Of a stretch of DNA of 49,425 bases, positions 1 to 13,732 are shown one piece after another. The stretch covers positions 1 through 49,425 of the forward strand of contig LWCA01000128.1 of assembly GCA_001642005.1 (NCBI GenBank), read 5' to 3'. Position 1 is the first letter of the stretch; every line of letters begins with the position of its first letter. The notes under the pieces are model-generated. The model was not told the DNA's origin, did no database searches, and worked only from the letters and a program-made list of their open reading frames with translations. This DNA is from Intoshia linei. Taxonomy: Eukaryota > Animalia > Orthonectida. The position numbers were made by a program, and so were the translations under genes.

Positions 1-126
1 ACCAATAATGTATTTGATAACAGACCAATCGTTGTTATGGACAATGTACGTTTTTACCATTGTTCTAAAATTCTAGAATTTCTTCGAAGAGAAAACGTTG
101 AAAAAATATTTTTACCTATTATTTAA
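1..126 (+). pseudogene. IS630/Tc1-superfamily (DDE_3-type) transposase fragment, truncated
   Basis: Frame 1 reads ...RPIVVMDNVRFYHCSKILEFLRRENVEKIFLP then stops. This matches the 'VMDNxxxH...FLPPYSP' segment of IS630-like transposases. Runs off the window edge. Confidence 0.6.
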
Positions 127-315
127 GACAATTATTTCGAATTTATTATTTCATGTAATTAATATTCGCCTTTACCACTAATGATTAACCGTTTTAATCG
201 TCACCTTATTTTCATGGTTATCATTGCAATATTTATATATGATATCGATTATTCTTAATTTATATCGATATTATTGGCGAAGGAAATTTAATCGAATCGA
301 ATTAATTTTTTTACC

Positions 316-516
316 AGAAGAATGATAGAGTCCTAAAGGATAATACTTATTTTACTATGGGATCCCTTTTTTTCATTTTTAACGAAGAGAAGAGTAGATT
401 TTGCCTACCGCTGTGGGATGACCTCATAAGAATGATAGTCATAAAGGATAATATTTATTTACATCATAATAAAGTCCTAAAGGATAATACTTATTTTACT
501 CTGGTATCCCTTTTTT
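316..516. repeat. Degenerate local direct repeat, three copies of a 'gtc(c/a)taaaggataata(c/t)tta' core
   Basis: agtcctaaaggataatacttattttact..gg.atccctttttt at ~329 and ~473, plus a partial copy at ~437. Confidence 0.6.
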
Positions 517-1236
517 TAATTTCAAAAATGTATATATAATATTTATATAGTATATATGTATATATAAGTAAAGGATGATATGATATTGATTATTTGTAAT
601 AGTGGTGCGCCATTTTGACTAATATTAATGATACTTTATAATTTTGATTGTACATAAATGTAATTAATAATTGACTATAAAGATTAATCGATATAATGAT
701 GGGTATAACGTTAATTAGGAAAATTCTACAATTTTTAAAATAATATTATTTAATTGCCATTAGGCATTATTATAAAAGTTAATAATTATGCCTATTGGCA
801 CAATAAGTAGATATAATAGGTTATTAATGCTATAATTACGTTTTTATAATGTATCGTATTGCGCAACTTTTCAGGAATGATTTGTCAACATGAAAAATTT
901 TTGCAACAATAATGATTATAAGAATTAAATTTCGCACAATAATTTTGAAAAATTCCACTTGGATATACCTTTTATAATTAATGTATAGCCTTTTAGTAAC
1001 TAAATATAAATGGCACATTGTTTATAAATTTTATTATAGTCTAATTTTAGATTATCATCTCAAAGATAAACAGTTAACTATTTTTTTGTTTATTCTCGGC
1101 ATGTATTATCATAGTTAAAAAAACACTTTTAAATTCTAATAATAAATGCACTTTACACGGTAGGGAGTCAATTCTAAATAAATAATGTTTAATATCACGT
1201 TGAGATAATTTCAAGTGTATAGTTATTTAAATTTGT

Positions 1237-4200
1237 CTAAATCCAACGGCTCTCTGAATTGAATATAAACGATTGTTTTTCAGCAAATATAGGTCGGTAA
1301 TAATCGGGTCCAGGGTCTATTTGCTTTGTATTTTTAATTCTACTGCAATGAGAAGGCATCATAAACTGCCACGATTTTTTGCAACCTTTTTTGGGGAATG
1401 ACTCTTTTGTTTCATAGGCACCTGGGCCAGGAATGGTTGGCTCTTCATCTAGCGGCATAGCCGGTGCAGATAAACATAGATAATGTTGTTTTCTATGAAA
1501 ATTAATTATAAATGTTAATATTTATCAACATGAATGGATATTTCAGTTTCTGCAATGCCATTTTTTTGTTTGGATAATAATAGTTTGGAGCAGGATTCTA
1601 AATACAACATGTATATATAAATACATTTGGTTACATTGTATATAGATTTAAACACGATTCTTTTTGTTGAAGAATTGAAGCACGATAAAAATTTATTACG
1701 GTCAACGGTGTCGTTTATGTTGTAGTAGCCTATGCATCAATTAATCATGTACAAGTAAAAACATACAAGGTGAAATTTTTGTAAAATTATTGCCATAATT
1801 TAAAGAGTTTCGAATTGTTTTTGAACTAAAAAAAGAACTCTTTAGTTTTTTCATTAAATCGTTTTCTCCCAATTTATTAACCTAAATAAATGTTTAGAGT
1901 ACATTCATGTCCAATTGTTAATACACATTGTGATATATATCAAAAATATCAAAGCAGTTTGGAAAAAAATTATGAAATTAGGAATAATAAACATTACATG
2001 ATATTTTGATGGAGACGGGGTGAAATGTTTATCCTTTCTTTTGTTAGTAGCAATGGGAAGTTTGAATGCTGCTGTATTATTACAACCATTTTCTTTTTTT
2101 ACAGCTTGGTCAATTTCTATTTCTGATGTATTTGCGATTACTGGCACGATTTTCGTTTTAACATTTATTTCCGTCTATAAATTATTTTTTAAATTCTGTT
2201 TAATACATTATTTCTCAACTTTTTTCCATTCGGTGCAATAAAAAATAAAAAAATCTTTTATATTTTATCAGATTTAACAAGACCAAGCCACAAATTGAAA
2301 AAAAGTTGTTTCGGTACACAAAAAAGAAATAATTCTGATATAACTAACCCTCCGTGAAATGTTATATGGCTTGTCTTAAAATTTTCGTTTTCGTTGGGCA
2401 CACTTAAAATTTTTGTTGAGAAACACTGGTCTAATTGATGAATAAAGGACCAATAATTTTGGGGATTTTTCTGATGTAATAACAATCTTACACAAATAAA
2501 GGTATACGGTTTTAGCTAAAAATGTATGTTTGCATGACTGTAACCATTTGTTAAGTAAAATGCAGAGTTTTAAAAACTCTAATTTTTCATATATTTTTAC
2601 GAGAGTGATGTGTTATAATAAAATTTCAAATCATAACTTGAATCCTTCAGGGATGAAAACCCAAATTACACTTTTTTTGAAAAAAATGAGTGCTAGAATT
2701 AAAGAACACATACATTTTAGAGGAATTTTTAAAATCATTAACATTATATCAAATCGCAAACTCAAAAACTTGCATTTCAAAATAAAAAATTACAAATTAC
2801 TCATATTTTTTAAAAACGAAAAATGTCTTTAAAAAATATAATTTATAAAATTGCGAAGGAATGAATTATATAGATTTTCACCCATATTTCTTTATTAGAA
2901 ATGTGTAGACGTTCAATGCACATTTTTTTTGAAATTGTAGGATCAATATTTACATTTGCAATTTTTTATTTTAATCGAAATATTTGAAAAATATTGGTTG
3001 ATAATATATTAAAAATTATTTTTCACCGGGAATGCGTGGATTTCTGGGGTTGAAATTTTGTATTTATATCAACTGGAATAAGCTCTATCAGAATAATCTT
3101 AATTTTTTTAATTTGCGAACTTAATTATTTAAAATTTTTTGTTTTAATAAAATATTTGGAAAAAAATATATACGAATACTAAAATGCTGTTTTGACCGTG
3201 AAGTCGTCACTTATTCGGATTTAAATTTTTTGTGTGTGTTAACAGGATACAACTGTACCACCTGTAAATTTTTTTAATAGGGCTGTTTTCATAAAAAAAG
3301 GGTAATTTGTGGTTTAGGCTCTGAAGATATATTTTTTTAAATTTAAATTTATGATAATAATTGATTTTAAAATCGGAATCGAAGCGTATATTTTTTTAAA
3401 TTCTCGAACTCGTTTGATTTTCAAATAAAGGATAATTGGGGTTGTTGACCCGTAAGATGTGAGTTTGGGAAGTTGAAATTTATTTTTCTAACACTCCTGG
3501 AAAAAATTGTAATAGATATATGGACTTTATAAAATTTTAAGACTGGAAGTTATTGAAATAAACGATAACACACACTGACAAACAAACATTATATAAGTAA
3601 GGATATTAATATGATGTGATGTAATTACTTTGGATATGAATGGACCATATCCCTTTTTGTTAAAATTAACAGATTTTTGATTTTTTTGTTCAATTGAATA
3701 ACTTGCGGGTCCTGGATTGTCCGCCTATATCAATAGATTTTATTTAAAAACGGATATGCTAGATAAGGTGGTACAAAGTGGTGCGACTCGTGGTATAAAT
3801 TGTTCAAAATTATAAAAAAAATTATTTGTCGAATTTATACATTTTATATTATATTAATAATAATAAATATTTTAAATACAGCTTATATAGTTTCATTAAA
3901 TTCATTTGTAAGTTATCAAAATGGTTTGTTTTATAAGCATGTAATTATAAAAATGTTTATTATGTAAGTCTGTATAATTATAAGATTATAATCTTAGCAT
4001 ATCTAAGACATTTAGAACACTCAGACACAAAATACTTACGATACTCAAGAATCTTATTTTTTAAATGCTCAGTTTGGAAAAATGATTCCGCCATCTTAAC
4101 TTGGATATATTATATTGTATATATTATTATATGTCTTATCATATATTATATAATATATTATATAGCAAACTAATTTAAGTACCATATGATTGAATGATAA

Positions 4201-4726
4201 TTCAAACTATATTACAATATAATTTCCATAATAATAAACATAAATAAATAATAATATAGATTAACTTAATTAAAATAGTTACTAATTTTGAATAAAATCA
4301 TCCGACCCCAAAAATATTTTTGACGACCCCGCGGTTAAGAAACTCTGCTATATATGAATTTATGTAAGTTATACTTTGTAAACTTTTTCATCGGAGAAAC
4401 GTTTTGATTTTGATAAAAATCCATATTTGTCGGAATTTTCAATAAAATACGTTTGATATTTGGTGGGTATCGTAGATGATAAACCTTTTCTTACCATACC
4501 TACAAATTGTACATATATTAACAGTGTATTACAAATATTAAAATGAATACGGAGTCTGTTTATTTACATGGTTAATTAAAATTAATTTAATGTTAATGTT
4601 AACTAACGGATTAATGTTATGCATCATTTTTAAAATATATTTACCTCGACGAATTTTCATAGTTTTAGTGTCATATTTATGCAGACGTGATATCACTGCA
4701 TCTGAACGTACGTGTATGCTGTCCAT
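1237..4726 (-). CDS. STPG1: Sperm-tail PG-rich (SHIPPO) repeat protein, STPG1/MAPO2-like, multi-exon
   Basis: Exon 1 (4645-4726, MDSIHVRS...) splices in phase to 4499 (SSTIPTKYQ...SDKYGFLSKSKRF). Further exons carry NPGPASY and NKKGYGPFIS (~3630-3725), TPSPSKY (~2000), PAPNY (~1590) and PGPGAY/PGPDYY. The C-terminus KQSFIFNSESRWI resembles STPG1. Confidence 0.8.
2820..3603 (-). mobile_element. Non-autonomous Helitron family copy (5' portion) in STPG1 intron
   Basis: Reverse-complement homology to 41477-42430. On the - strand the 5' end reads TCcttacttatataatgtttgtttgtcagtgtgtg. Confidence 0.7.
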
Positions 4727-4790
4727 GTCACATTAATTTGTAATTAATGTTATTAAATTTTAGATTGCCAGGTTGCGACAATTTAACTTA

Positions 4791-5329
4791 ATGTGTTCCA
4801 AAACAACGCTTTTCTGGATCAAATTTTTCGTTTATTTAGGAAATTGATTTTTTTTATGTCGTCTTAATTTTTAATAAATTTTTATTATTTCAACAGAGTT
4901 GTAAACTACGACTTGTAGTTGTATTTATGAATACTGCATGACTAAATATTTTGATATTAATATTTAATTAATAATTCATATGTATTTATTTTTAATGTGT
5001 TTTTATATCTATATTTTAATCATGTCTTACAGATTAGCGTTAACCAACCTGAGCGATATCGCCCAATACATGACGATTTGACTTTTTCAGTAAGCGTAAA
5101 AAAATAAATAAAAATAATTTTCAATTCATCATTATAATGTTCAATTACAGGCTAATTCCTCGTTAACGGAATTTTTTATAAATAATGTATACATTAAAAC
5201 AGTAGTTACCGATTGGAGTCCAAAATTATATCTTGGGATTCGTCAGATTCAAATAAAATATAGAAAAGTTTTAATCAACTATGTTTATTTTTAATATTTA
5301 TTACATAGTTTTTAGAATCTAAATGTTAG
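4791..5329 (+). CDS. Putative ~85-aa spliced orphan ORF divergent from STPG1
   Basis: Five GT-AG-joinable phase-0 exons (4791-4829, 4897-4920, 5033-5089, 5151-5267, 5309-5329) give an open frame. No recognisable homology. Confidence 0.3.
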
Positions 5330-5882
5330 AAATTTATCCCAAAGCCTAGACGACCGCTACATTATTATTTCAAAAATTGCACTTTTATCCCACAATTAAA
5401 AATAACATGTCAAATAGTCACAGAAAAATTGACTTTTATCAATATTTTTTTTAAAAATGCACTTAATCAAACCACAAAATAAAAAGATTTAAAATTACGA
5501 AAAGAAATATAAATACCAACATCCTTGCGAAAACTGTATTAAAAATTGGATTTTTTAATTCTACGAATGAATAATTTTAATACGAAATAATAGTGTAATA
5601 TGGAAGAAATAAAATTTTAGAATTATTATTTACATCAATAGAGGAGAGAAAAATTTGTCCCACGGATGAAAAATAATGACTATCCCTATAATCTACCAAA
5701 TATCATTTTAAATTTTATTTTACACAAAATTTGCAATTAGATTACAATTTTTATAAAGATGGTAATTTCTTGGAAAATAAACACAATGGATAATTTAAAA
5801 AATAGGGCGCACAAATTTTTTTTATTGTGCATAGATCTACAATTTTTATCTAACATGTGTCTATTTTTGATTTTATGCCTTA

Positions 5883-6447
5883 CAGTGTGCTACATAAGTC
5901 TCTAATTTATAAGAGGTAATCGTATAAATTAATTAAAAGATTGACCGGTACAAAGTCCACATTTAAACATTATTGAAGACATGTGAAAAATTTGAAAGAT
6001 ACAGTTTATAAGCTACATTCAGTCAACTTAGAAGAACTATGGAGATATATACACGACGAATGGGACCACGTACCTCTAAAAACTATTTAAGGGTTGTATG
6101 CCTCATTGCCCAGAAGAATTGTATCAGTAATTAAAAATAAATAATGGAATGCTAAATATTAGTAATTTTATATATATTTATTTAATATTTTAACTTAATT
6201 AACATAATTAATTGTATTATTATATAGGTGCCTAAGACTTATGTCGCTCGGAATTTTGCAATTTTAATTCAAAATACCTATATTTCATTAATTATTAAAT
6301 TTTTTTATAGCTTTTACTTTTTTATGGTTGTTAAATGTTTGTTCTTGATCATACACTAGATATGATATAAGAAAATGTCTTAAATCATGAACCAGGAGTG
6401 TTTAAATTAATTACAATTGGTGTGCCTAAGACTTGTGTCGGGCACTG
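5883..6447 (+). mobile_element. Internally deleted Tc1-family transposon with TA target duplication and IR/DR-type end
   Basis: Ends are TA|cagtgtgctacataagtct and agacttgtgtcgggcactg|TA, with an inner direct repeat gtgcctaagactt at ~6228. Decayed transposase C-terminus *PVQSPHLNIIEDM*...LEELWRYIHDEW...SLPRRIVSVIKNK at ~5940-6160. Confidence 0.8.
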
Positions 6448-8648
6448 TATAATATACAGTGTATATTCATAAATTAAAAAAGTAGGCCTTCATGATTGTT
6501 ACATATATATATTTGTTTGGACATACATTTGTTTGGTAAATTTTCTTAAAATTTTATTATTTTCCTGAAATTTTACAATTTTTATTATGATTAAAAAAAA
6601 TATATCTGGAAACGTCCACTCTTGAAAGTTAATTTCAAGTTGGATTAATCGTATTTTAACATCAAGTTTATCCATATTACTATTATAATAGAATATAATA
6701 ATGTAATATAAATAAATAATTATGGATTGTATCAATTCTTCTGTATAGTTATAATTAGGGTAGTTTTTTATGGCAAAATGCCATAATTTATATGATAATC
6801 AGCACGAAATTACAAGCATCATGATATCAATATTATGTTTATTAATTAGCTAATTAACAATTTATAAAGTCATTAAATGCCATAAAGTAAGTTTTTTTAA
6901 ATGCAAAAAAGTCAATATTTTTTTTAAAGGGTATTCGACTTAAAAAAATGATATTCATGATATAATGAACAATAAAATTGAACAAATACTACCTTATCTA
7001 TACAATTTATTAAGAAAAGCGCTGTCTACCACAAATAGTGTTGTAATTTGTTTAAAAAATTGCTAACTAAACAGAGGCAATTTTTACCAGATAATGTTAA
7101 GAAGTATATTATTTGCAGTTGTTCATTATTCATATTTATTATAACACGCATAAATATTCCTTATTTTAAGTTTTATTCATATTAATTTATTATGTAAAGT
7201 GACCGATACCATCATGATCGGGGCCTATGCAAATATTAAAATTAAGGTGTATTAAATATTGTATTGATTTAATTTGAGGAACGGTAGATTCAGTTGGTAT
7301 TAACCATAGAAACAAACAAAGATTTTAAGGTCAGATAAAGTCAGTAAATTTAATTTTTAGGTCAGTTTTTTTGTTATTTTATAGGTCAATAAAAAATTGC
7401 CCTAGTTATAATTAAGAATGTAAATGAGTGCAATTAATTTATTCAGATTTATCTAACTTTTGTAGCTCTACCATACTCGTTTTAAGTGGTCATACTTGCA
7501 GATGAAACTCAAACTGTCCTAACCCCTATCAAGTTAATTAATTTCTGTAACCATGTTGAAAGATATTATGCTGCAGTCAGCCGAGGTGCAGATCTTTGTT
7601 AATGAGTTGTGTATATATAGTCTGATAAATTTTTTTATTTATTCTGTTCTTTATTTCTCTCTAATACTCGCCAATTCTGTATTTCGCCATATGATTATTA
7701 CCGTAATATAGAAATATTAACTTTTTATTCTATGTATATAACTCGCCATTCATTTAAAATATAAAAGTTTAAAACCATTTCTTAAATTTAATTATTATTT
7801 TATGTACGTAAGTTTAAATACGTAGTCTAAATACGTACTATCACAAATTTACGTTTATTGGTCATTTAATTTCACATGGAATAATTAATTTTGTACTAAG
7901 AAATTTTAAATAATGACAATTTTGTAACTGAGTAATTGTGATAATGTGTAATAAAATTTGTTAGTACCTTTTTATTCTGGTCGCTTTATCTAAATAGCAA
8001 AAACAATGGCCCAACATTTGTCAATAAATTATTGATAAAAAGGAAAAGAGCATCAACTTAAACTAACCCTTTCATATCAATATTATTAAACATTTTAATT
8101 AATAAACATCATAATTATTCTACTACCCAAGAATATTATTAAGTATCAACAAAATAGTCAAATTACGACAAACAATTATTAAAAATTCAAGACAGACTAA
8201 AATAATGTTAAATTATAATAATAAATATAAATAAAACTATTCAAAATTTTATTTCTCCATAGTTATTAAGAATTTAACGATAAACAACTTGTTAGTAGAG
8301 TTGTAGTAGACTTGTATTTAAATATAGCAGACAGAATCTGGCAACATTTTTGATGTCGTTTATTATTAATAATAATATAACTATATATTAACATTGAAAT
8401 TTTGCATTCGAAATAACATTTATTTTAAAAATTACGGAAAACTGAAAAAGAAAAAAGGTAAATATATAGGGATTATTATAGTAACGATTCTTTATACTTT
8501 TACAGTATTTACAGTTTTATTCATAATCATAAATGAAAATTATCCATCGTAACAGTTATTACAAAATTTATATATTTTATACCTCTTTATCGTTCAGTTA
8601 ATATAATAATCTTATATTTAAAATTTAGCAAATTATAATCTGAGAAGT

Positions 8649-11600
8649 ATGTCGTCGAAAGGCAAGCAAGCGAAAGATAATAAAAATTCACACCAGTCAA
8701 TGAACAATGAAAGTAGTGATGAATGCGGAAATAAATCGAATCCTCCATACGAATATTTTATGCAGAATTACGAAATCCCTGAAAACAGATTCAAAGAAGG
8801 AATGCGAGTAGAAACCTGTGACCCACGAATTCCGAATCAAATTTGCGTTGCCACCATTGTCGGAATGACGGGTCCCAGAATTAGGTTACGCCTCGACGGG
8901 ACTGACGGTACCAATGACTTTTGGCATATGGTAGACTCTTCAAATATCCAACCCATGGGTACTGCCAAAGCGCAACAAAAAATGGTTCAGCCTCCGTTAG
9001 GTTAATGTTTTATTATTAATTTTAATAATTAATCTAGGCTTTCAAATGAACAGACCCACATCATGGACAACATTCTATGAAAAAATATTATCTGATACTA
9101 CCAGTTTTGCTCCAGCAGACTGTTTTATACCGGAACCATCCCATCCTCCCATGAACCAATTTGAAATAAACAACAGTATAGAGGCTGTAGATAGAAAAAA
9201 CCCTCAACTAATTTGTCCTGCCACCATAACTGATGTCAAAAATGATGAAATATTTGTTACTTTTGATGGATGGAAAGGTGTGTTGGATTATTGGACTGAT
9301 TATGATAGTAGAGATATTTTTCCATCTGGTTGGTGTAAAAGTGCCAATCATCCTATTCAATCTCCCGGTGATAAAAGTAATTATATTACAAGTATTAATC
9401 AAATTTATTTTAGATTCCAAATCGACCAAAGTTTCGAATTATTATTACATAGGTAACAATGGAAAATTGATGCCTTCTAATTCAAATCGACAATCTGAAA
9501 ATGAAAATTCTAAAGTTGTTGGAACATATAGTTTCACCGCTGGAAACAACGGAAAGAGTGTTGTTAAAGCAGTAAGAAAATCAAGGCATTCTAAGGAAAC
9601 ATATAATTCTGTGTCACAAAATCATATTAACAGTTCACTTGATGATACTGTATTACCTACTATGGCCACAAAAAAACGTTTCAGAAATGAAAAACTCGGA
9701 CGAAGAAAACAACAGAAAGGTTATTATTAAATAATAATATTTAATATTTGTTTTTAAATAACAATGTAATTAATACTTTTAATTGCAAAGTTGTATTTAT
9801 CCATTTTCAAAGTCATTATTTATTATTATTTTCTTGTGTATGGAGAAGTGATGGTTTATTTATCAATGTAAATACGTTGTATGTAATTATTAGTTTTTAA
9901 AATAATGTCACAAATCGTCATTAACTATTATTATCCTGGAATAATACATTTCATGTTATTTGATCTTTAATCATTATTGATTTTTCATATTTTTATGTCA
10001 TAACAAAGTTACGAGTTGTTTTGCACAGTAAAAATAATTGCTTTTGACATATTGTAATTCTATATAAATAAAAATCATGATTTCACTTGACAGATGTTAA
10101 ATGCTCTCAAGTTGAGTATCTCAGAGATTAACTTTGATAACTTGATTATCAATCCAATTATTTATTGAATATTATTTGATAATATTTATATTCATTATTC
10201 TTTTTCAAATATCAATTTTAATTCAATTTATAAAACATTTGATTTTTTCTTTTTAAATGGGTTTTTAGGTCAATTCTTTTACTTAATTTAGTTTAATTAA
10301 CCTATAACTTGAGATTAGAAGTAAACTTTTTTGAATTTAGAATTTATTTATTTAGAATTTGAAAGTTGACTTACATTTTCAATTTACGACTACAATTGTA
10401 GACTAGGATTAAAATCCCCGAAAATTTTTCGTCGTTAACCCCAATTTTTATTATACAAATTAATGTTCCTATAAAAATAATAATTTTGTAATCCCAATGA
10501 TCCCTCAAAATCTAAAAATTTATGAATCTACAAGGGTTTATATAAACTAATAAGGCAATTCATTACTTGATCTTTAGTGTGTCCTATTAAGTATAAACTT
10601 GACTATTAAGAGTCTTGGCTTTTGAGCTTACTCGTATTATACCGATATTTAAATTTTAGAGAATTGCACGTTATATTATTTTTTATTGACGGGTATTATT
10701 ACATGAAAATAAATTTGTTTAGATTTAATTAGCATTAACGGTTTCACATTGAATAATCCATATATGAACCATTTAAAAATTTAATACTAAAATTTTAAAA
10801 ACCCAACGATTTTTACTAAAAATCAAAATTTATCAACCATTAAGGTAATAATTGACTTTTACCAACTATTAAACACGCTCTTTTTTCATTTTGGGTGTTG
10901 AATTTGATTGTTTTATGCAATAATTACATTCCATTTAGTTTACAAAATAATAATTTTTTGCATTAGATATGATATAACCTTTAATCCTATTGAATTGAAA
11001 AAGTGTATTATTTATGTATTGTATGAGTTACTGTGAATTTATATAAATGTAATTGTATATAATTATATGATTACGCAAGATTTATAAAATTGCATAAACT
11101 ATTTCATGAAAGATCAAAAATATTCCACTTTAAAAAATGATAATAGGTAAAATAGGAATTTTCTTTAAAGGGTTGGTAAAATTGAATTTTTCTCTCAATG
11201 GTTGGTTTATTTATGGCTCTAAACGTTATTACTAGGACGAACAATGTCATGAAAATAATTATTTTTTTAATATTAAAAAAATGTTAGAAATTTAAGAGGG
11301 AACTCTAAGAAAGGCAGCTATTGAACAGTCAAACCTCATCATCAAGTGTTAAAAGATCCGTTTTCGTTGTTGAAGAATATATTATCCGACGAAAGAAATT
11401 TTTTAATAACAAATATTTATAAATATATTCTATTGTACTATAACAGCAGTTCCCAACATACTCCACAGTTAGTACCCTATGCTAAAAATATTCTCGAACC
11501 CCATATAATTTAATTTAGTGTAACTATGATACCATATCAATTAAAAAAATTGTTAAAACTCTACTTGACGAAAATTAATATCTAAAAAATCGTTAATGAT

Positions 11601-13622
11601 TGAACTGACGAAATAAGGGCGTAACTGTATTTAATATACAATGTTAAAATTACAGAGACTGTCAAATAGGCGTAAATACATAAGGAACTAAGTATATTAT
11701 TACAAATTAATTTTTATTTTCAATTATTTTTGGGATTTAAAAAAAATATATAATTTATGAGTCATAGTATCAGACGAGCTGGTACTCTAAAATATTTTCT
11801 GGGTCTCTAGGGGTCCCAGTATCTTCATTTGGGATTCGCTGTACTATAATAAATGAATTTGTCATAAAAAGTCATTATTTTTGGGAAATGTCATATTTTT
11901 TTTGAATTTTTGGTCATAAATAAATTCCTGTAGTATAATATTTAGGTTTCATTGGTAAATTTTTAGAAATTAAAATTGAATTACTTGTGCGAGAAAGTTA
12001 ATAATCCCTGGTTTACTTTATTTTCTGACTAACAAAAATATTTAATACAGTAATTAATCAGTTACTATTGTGAGTGGATAAATATTTGTTGCTCAACTTG
12101 TGTAGACAAAAACGATTGAATTGATTTATACGTTTGATTTCTCATTTATTTGTATAGAAGAATTTATTAATCAAAAGATTGTAAGTTTATTTGATTGATT
12201 AGAAATGGTAAAATCATCTTTAAAAAGAAATAAGGAGAACATTATACATCTTAAAAATAAGTCAGATTGTTTAAATTTAATTTGCAATGAAGATATCCCT
12301 CTTACAGAATACGTGAAACATGAAAAGGATAAAGAAATGTTTACAATACTACCCAAAATTGAACACACTTCTAGTAATTCACATGTTTCTGTAAAAAAAT
12401 GACTAAAACATGAAAAGTCGACGTGTAACCTTCAACCTGAAAACTTATACATTTTATTGTTTCTTTTTTTGCGATTAGATTTAAGTTAATTCCACACATT
12501 GTATTTTTGTTTCTGACGCACAACCTTTAGAAATCAGGATGAAGGGTAACAATATTCATTTCATAAATCACATTAATTAATTGCTTTATGATTATTAACA
12601 TTGATTAAGGATGAAAACGGCTTTGTAATGACATGACTTTATATACTTTTGTAATTTGTTGAATTTTAGTGATTGTATATACAAATGCATTCCATAAAGA
12701 AGTCAAATTTGGAAAGTTTATTGATGTAGATAAGGCAAAAAAAGTTTTGCCCAAATGGTTTGGACCTTGTTCTGTAGGAAGGCTTTTGAAGGATATTCTA
12801 TATTCCTGTGTAAAAATGGCCTTAAATCCTCTCGAAATGTTCAATTCCATTATAGATGGAACTGGCTATTTAAATTTCCACGGTATGAATACATTTATAT
12901 TATTTTGATTTTTAATTTAGTGTCAATAGACAAAATAGTGTACCACAAAAACCTTCCAAATGTAATGAACATGTCTCAACTGATGAGTTATATAGACGAC
13001 TTGGGTGCTATTTTAGGGTACAAGTGCTTATTTACAGAAAATAAACTAACAGACGACGCAAATTCAACCGAAAATGAAGAAATAAAATCTAGTAGTACAT
13101 AAAGTGTTTAAATTTATAAAAATCTAGAAAGCAACAATGTTTCAAGGATTGATTTAGTGGAAAATGCGACGAGTGGTTTTTATTTTATATAATTAATTTT
13201 AATATAAATGTAGATTCTGACAGTGACAGTAGAGTTTTACGAAAGAGAATAAATAGAGAAGGTTACTATGATGTATCTAAAAAACATAAAAGTGAAAGTG
13301 AACCAGAAGACGACGTTGTGCATATGGAGAAAGAAAATAACATAAACATTGAACTCAAAACACCAATTGTGGAATACGATAAATGGTCTACTGATGATGT
13401 TATGAATTATCTCACCTCCCATTATCCTTCACTGGAGAATATTCGGGATTTTGTCATTTCTCATGTAATGAATTTAAAATTTGAAAATGACCTGTATTTT
13501 TATAGGAAATTGATGGACCTGCTCTAGTGCTTTTATCATGTGAAGACATGATAAAATACTTGAATATCAAATTAGGGCCGGCTCTTAAAATTGAAAGGTG
13601 TATTAAAAAAATGTTTAAATAA
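8649..13622 (+). CDS. Scm: Polycomb protein Sex comb on midleg / SCMH1-like (2 MBT repeats, SLED, C-terminal SAM), multi-exon
   Basis: MBT repeats (FKEGMRVETCDPR...RLRLDGTDGTNDFW; IEAVDRKNPQLICPATI...FDGWKG...SRDIFPSGWC). SLED-like exon at 12670 (LPKWFGP). SAM domain WSTDDVM...EIDGPALVLL...IKLGPALKI, stop at 13620-13622. Confidence 0.9.
11444..11841. mobile_element. hAT-type MITE with perfect 8-bp target-site duplication, in Scm intron
   Basis: TACTATAA|cagcagttcccaa ... ttgggattcgctg|TACTATAA. Confidence 0.8.
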
Positions 13623-13732
13623 GTATTAAATTTATATTTGTAAAATAAAGTATATAGTGTATTTATAATATACAGAAACTATATTTATCAACAATTTAAA
13701 ATTGTACCGATTTCATCTAAAATATTTACAAA

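Noticed and set aside
4762-4782. RFX X-box-like motif upstream of the ciliary gene STPG1
   Set aside because: Only a loose half-site match; similar TGGCAA/GTTGC words occur near non-ciliary genes and TE ends.
12171-12402. 65-aa ORFs in the Scm intron as an extra exon or nested gene
   Set aside because: The flanking Scm exons (ending 9719, starting 12670) join in phase without it, and no motif is recognisable.
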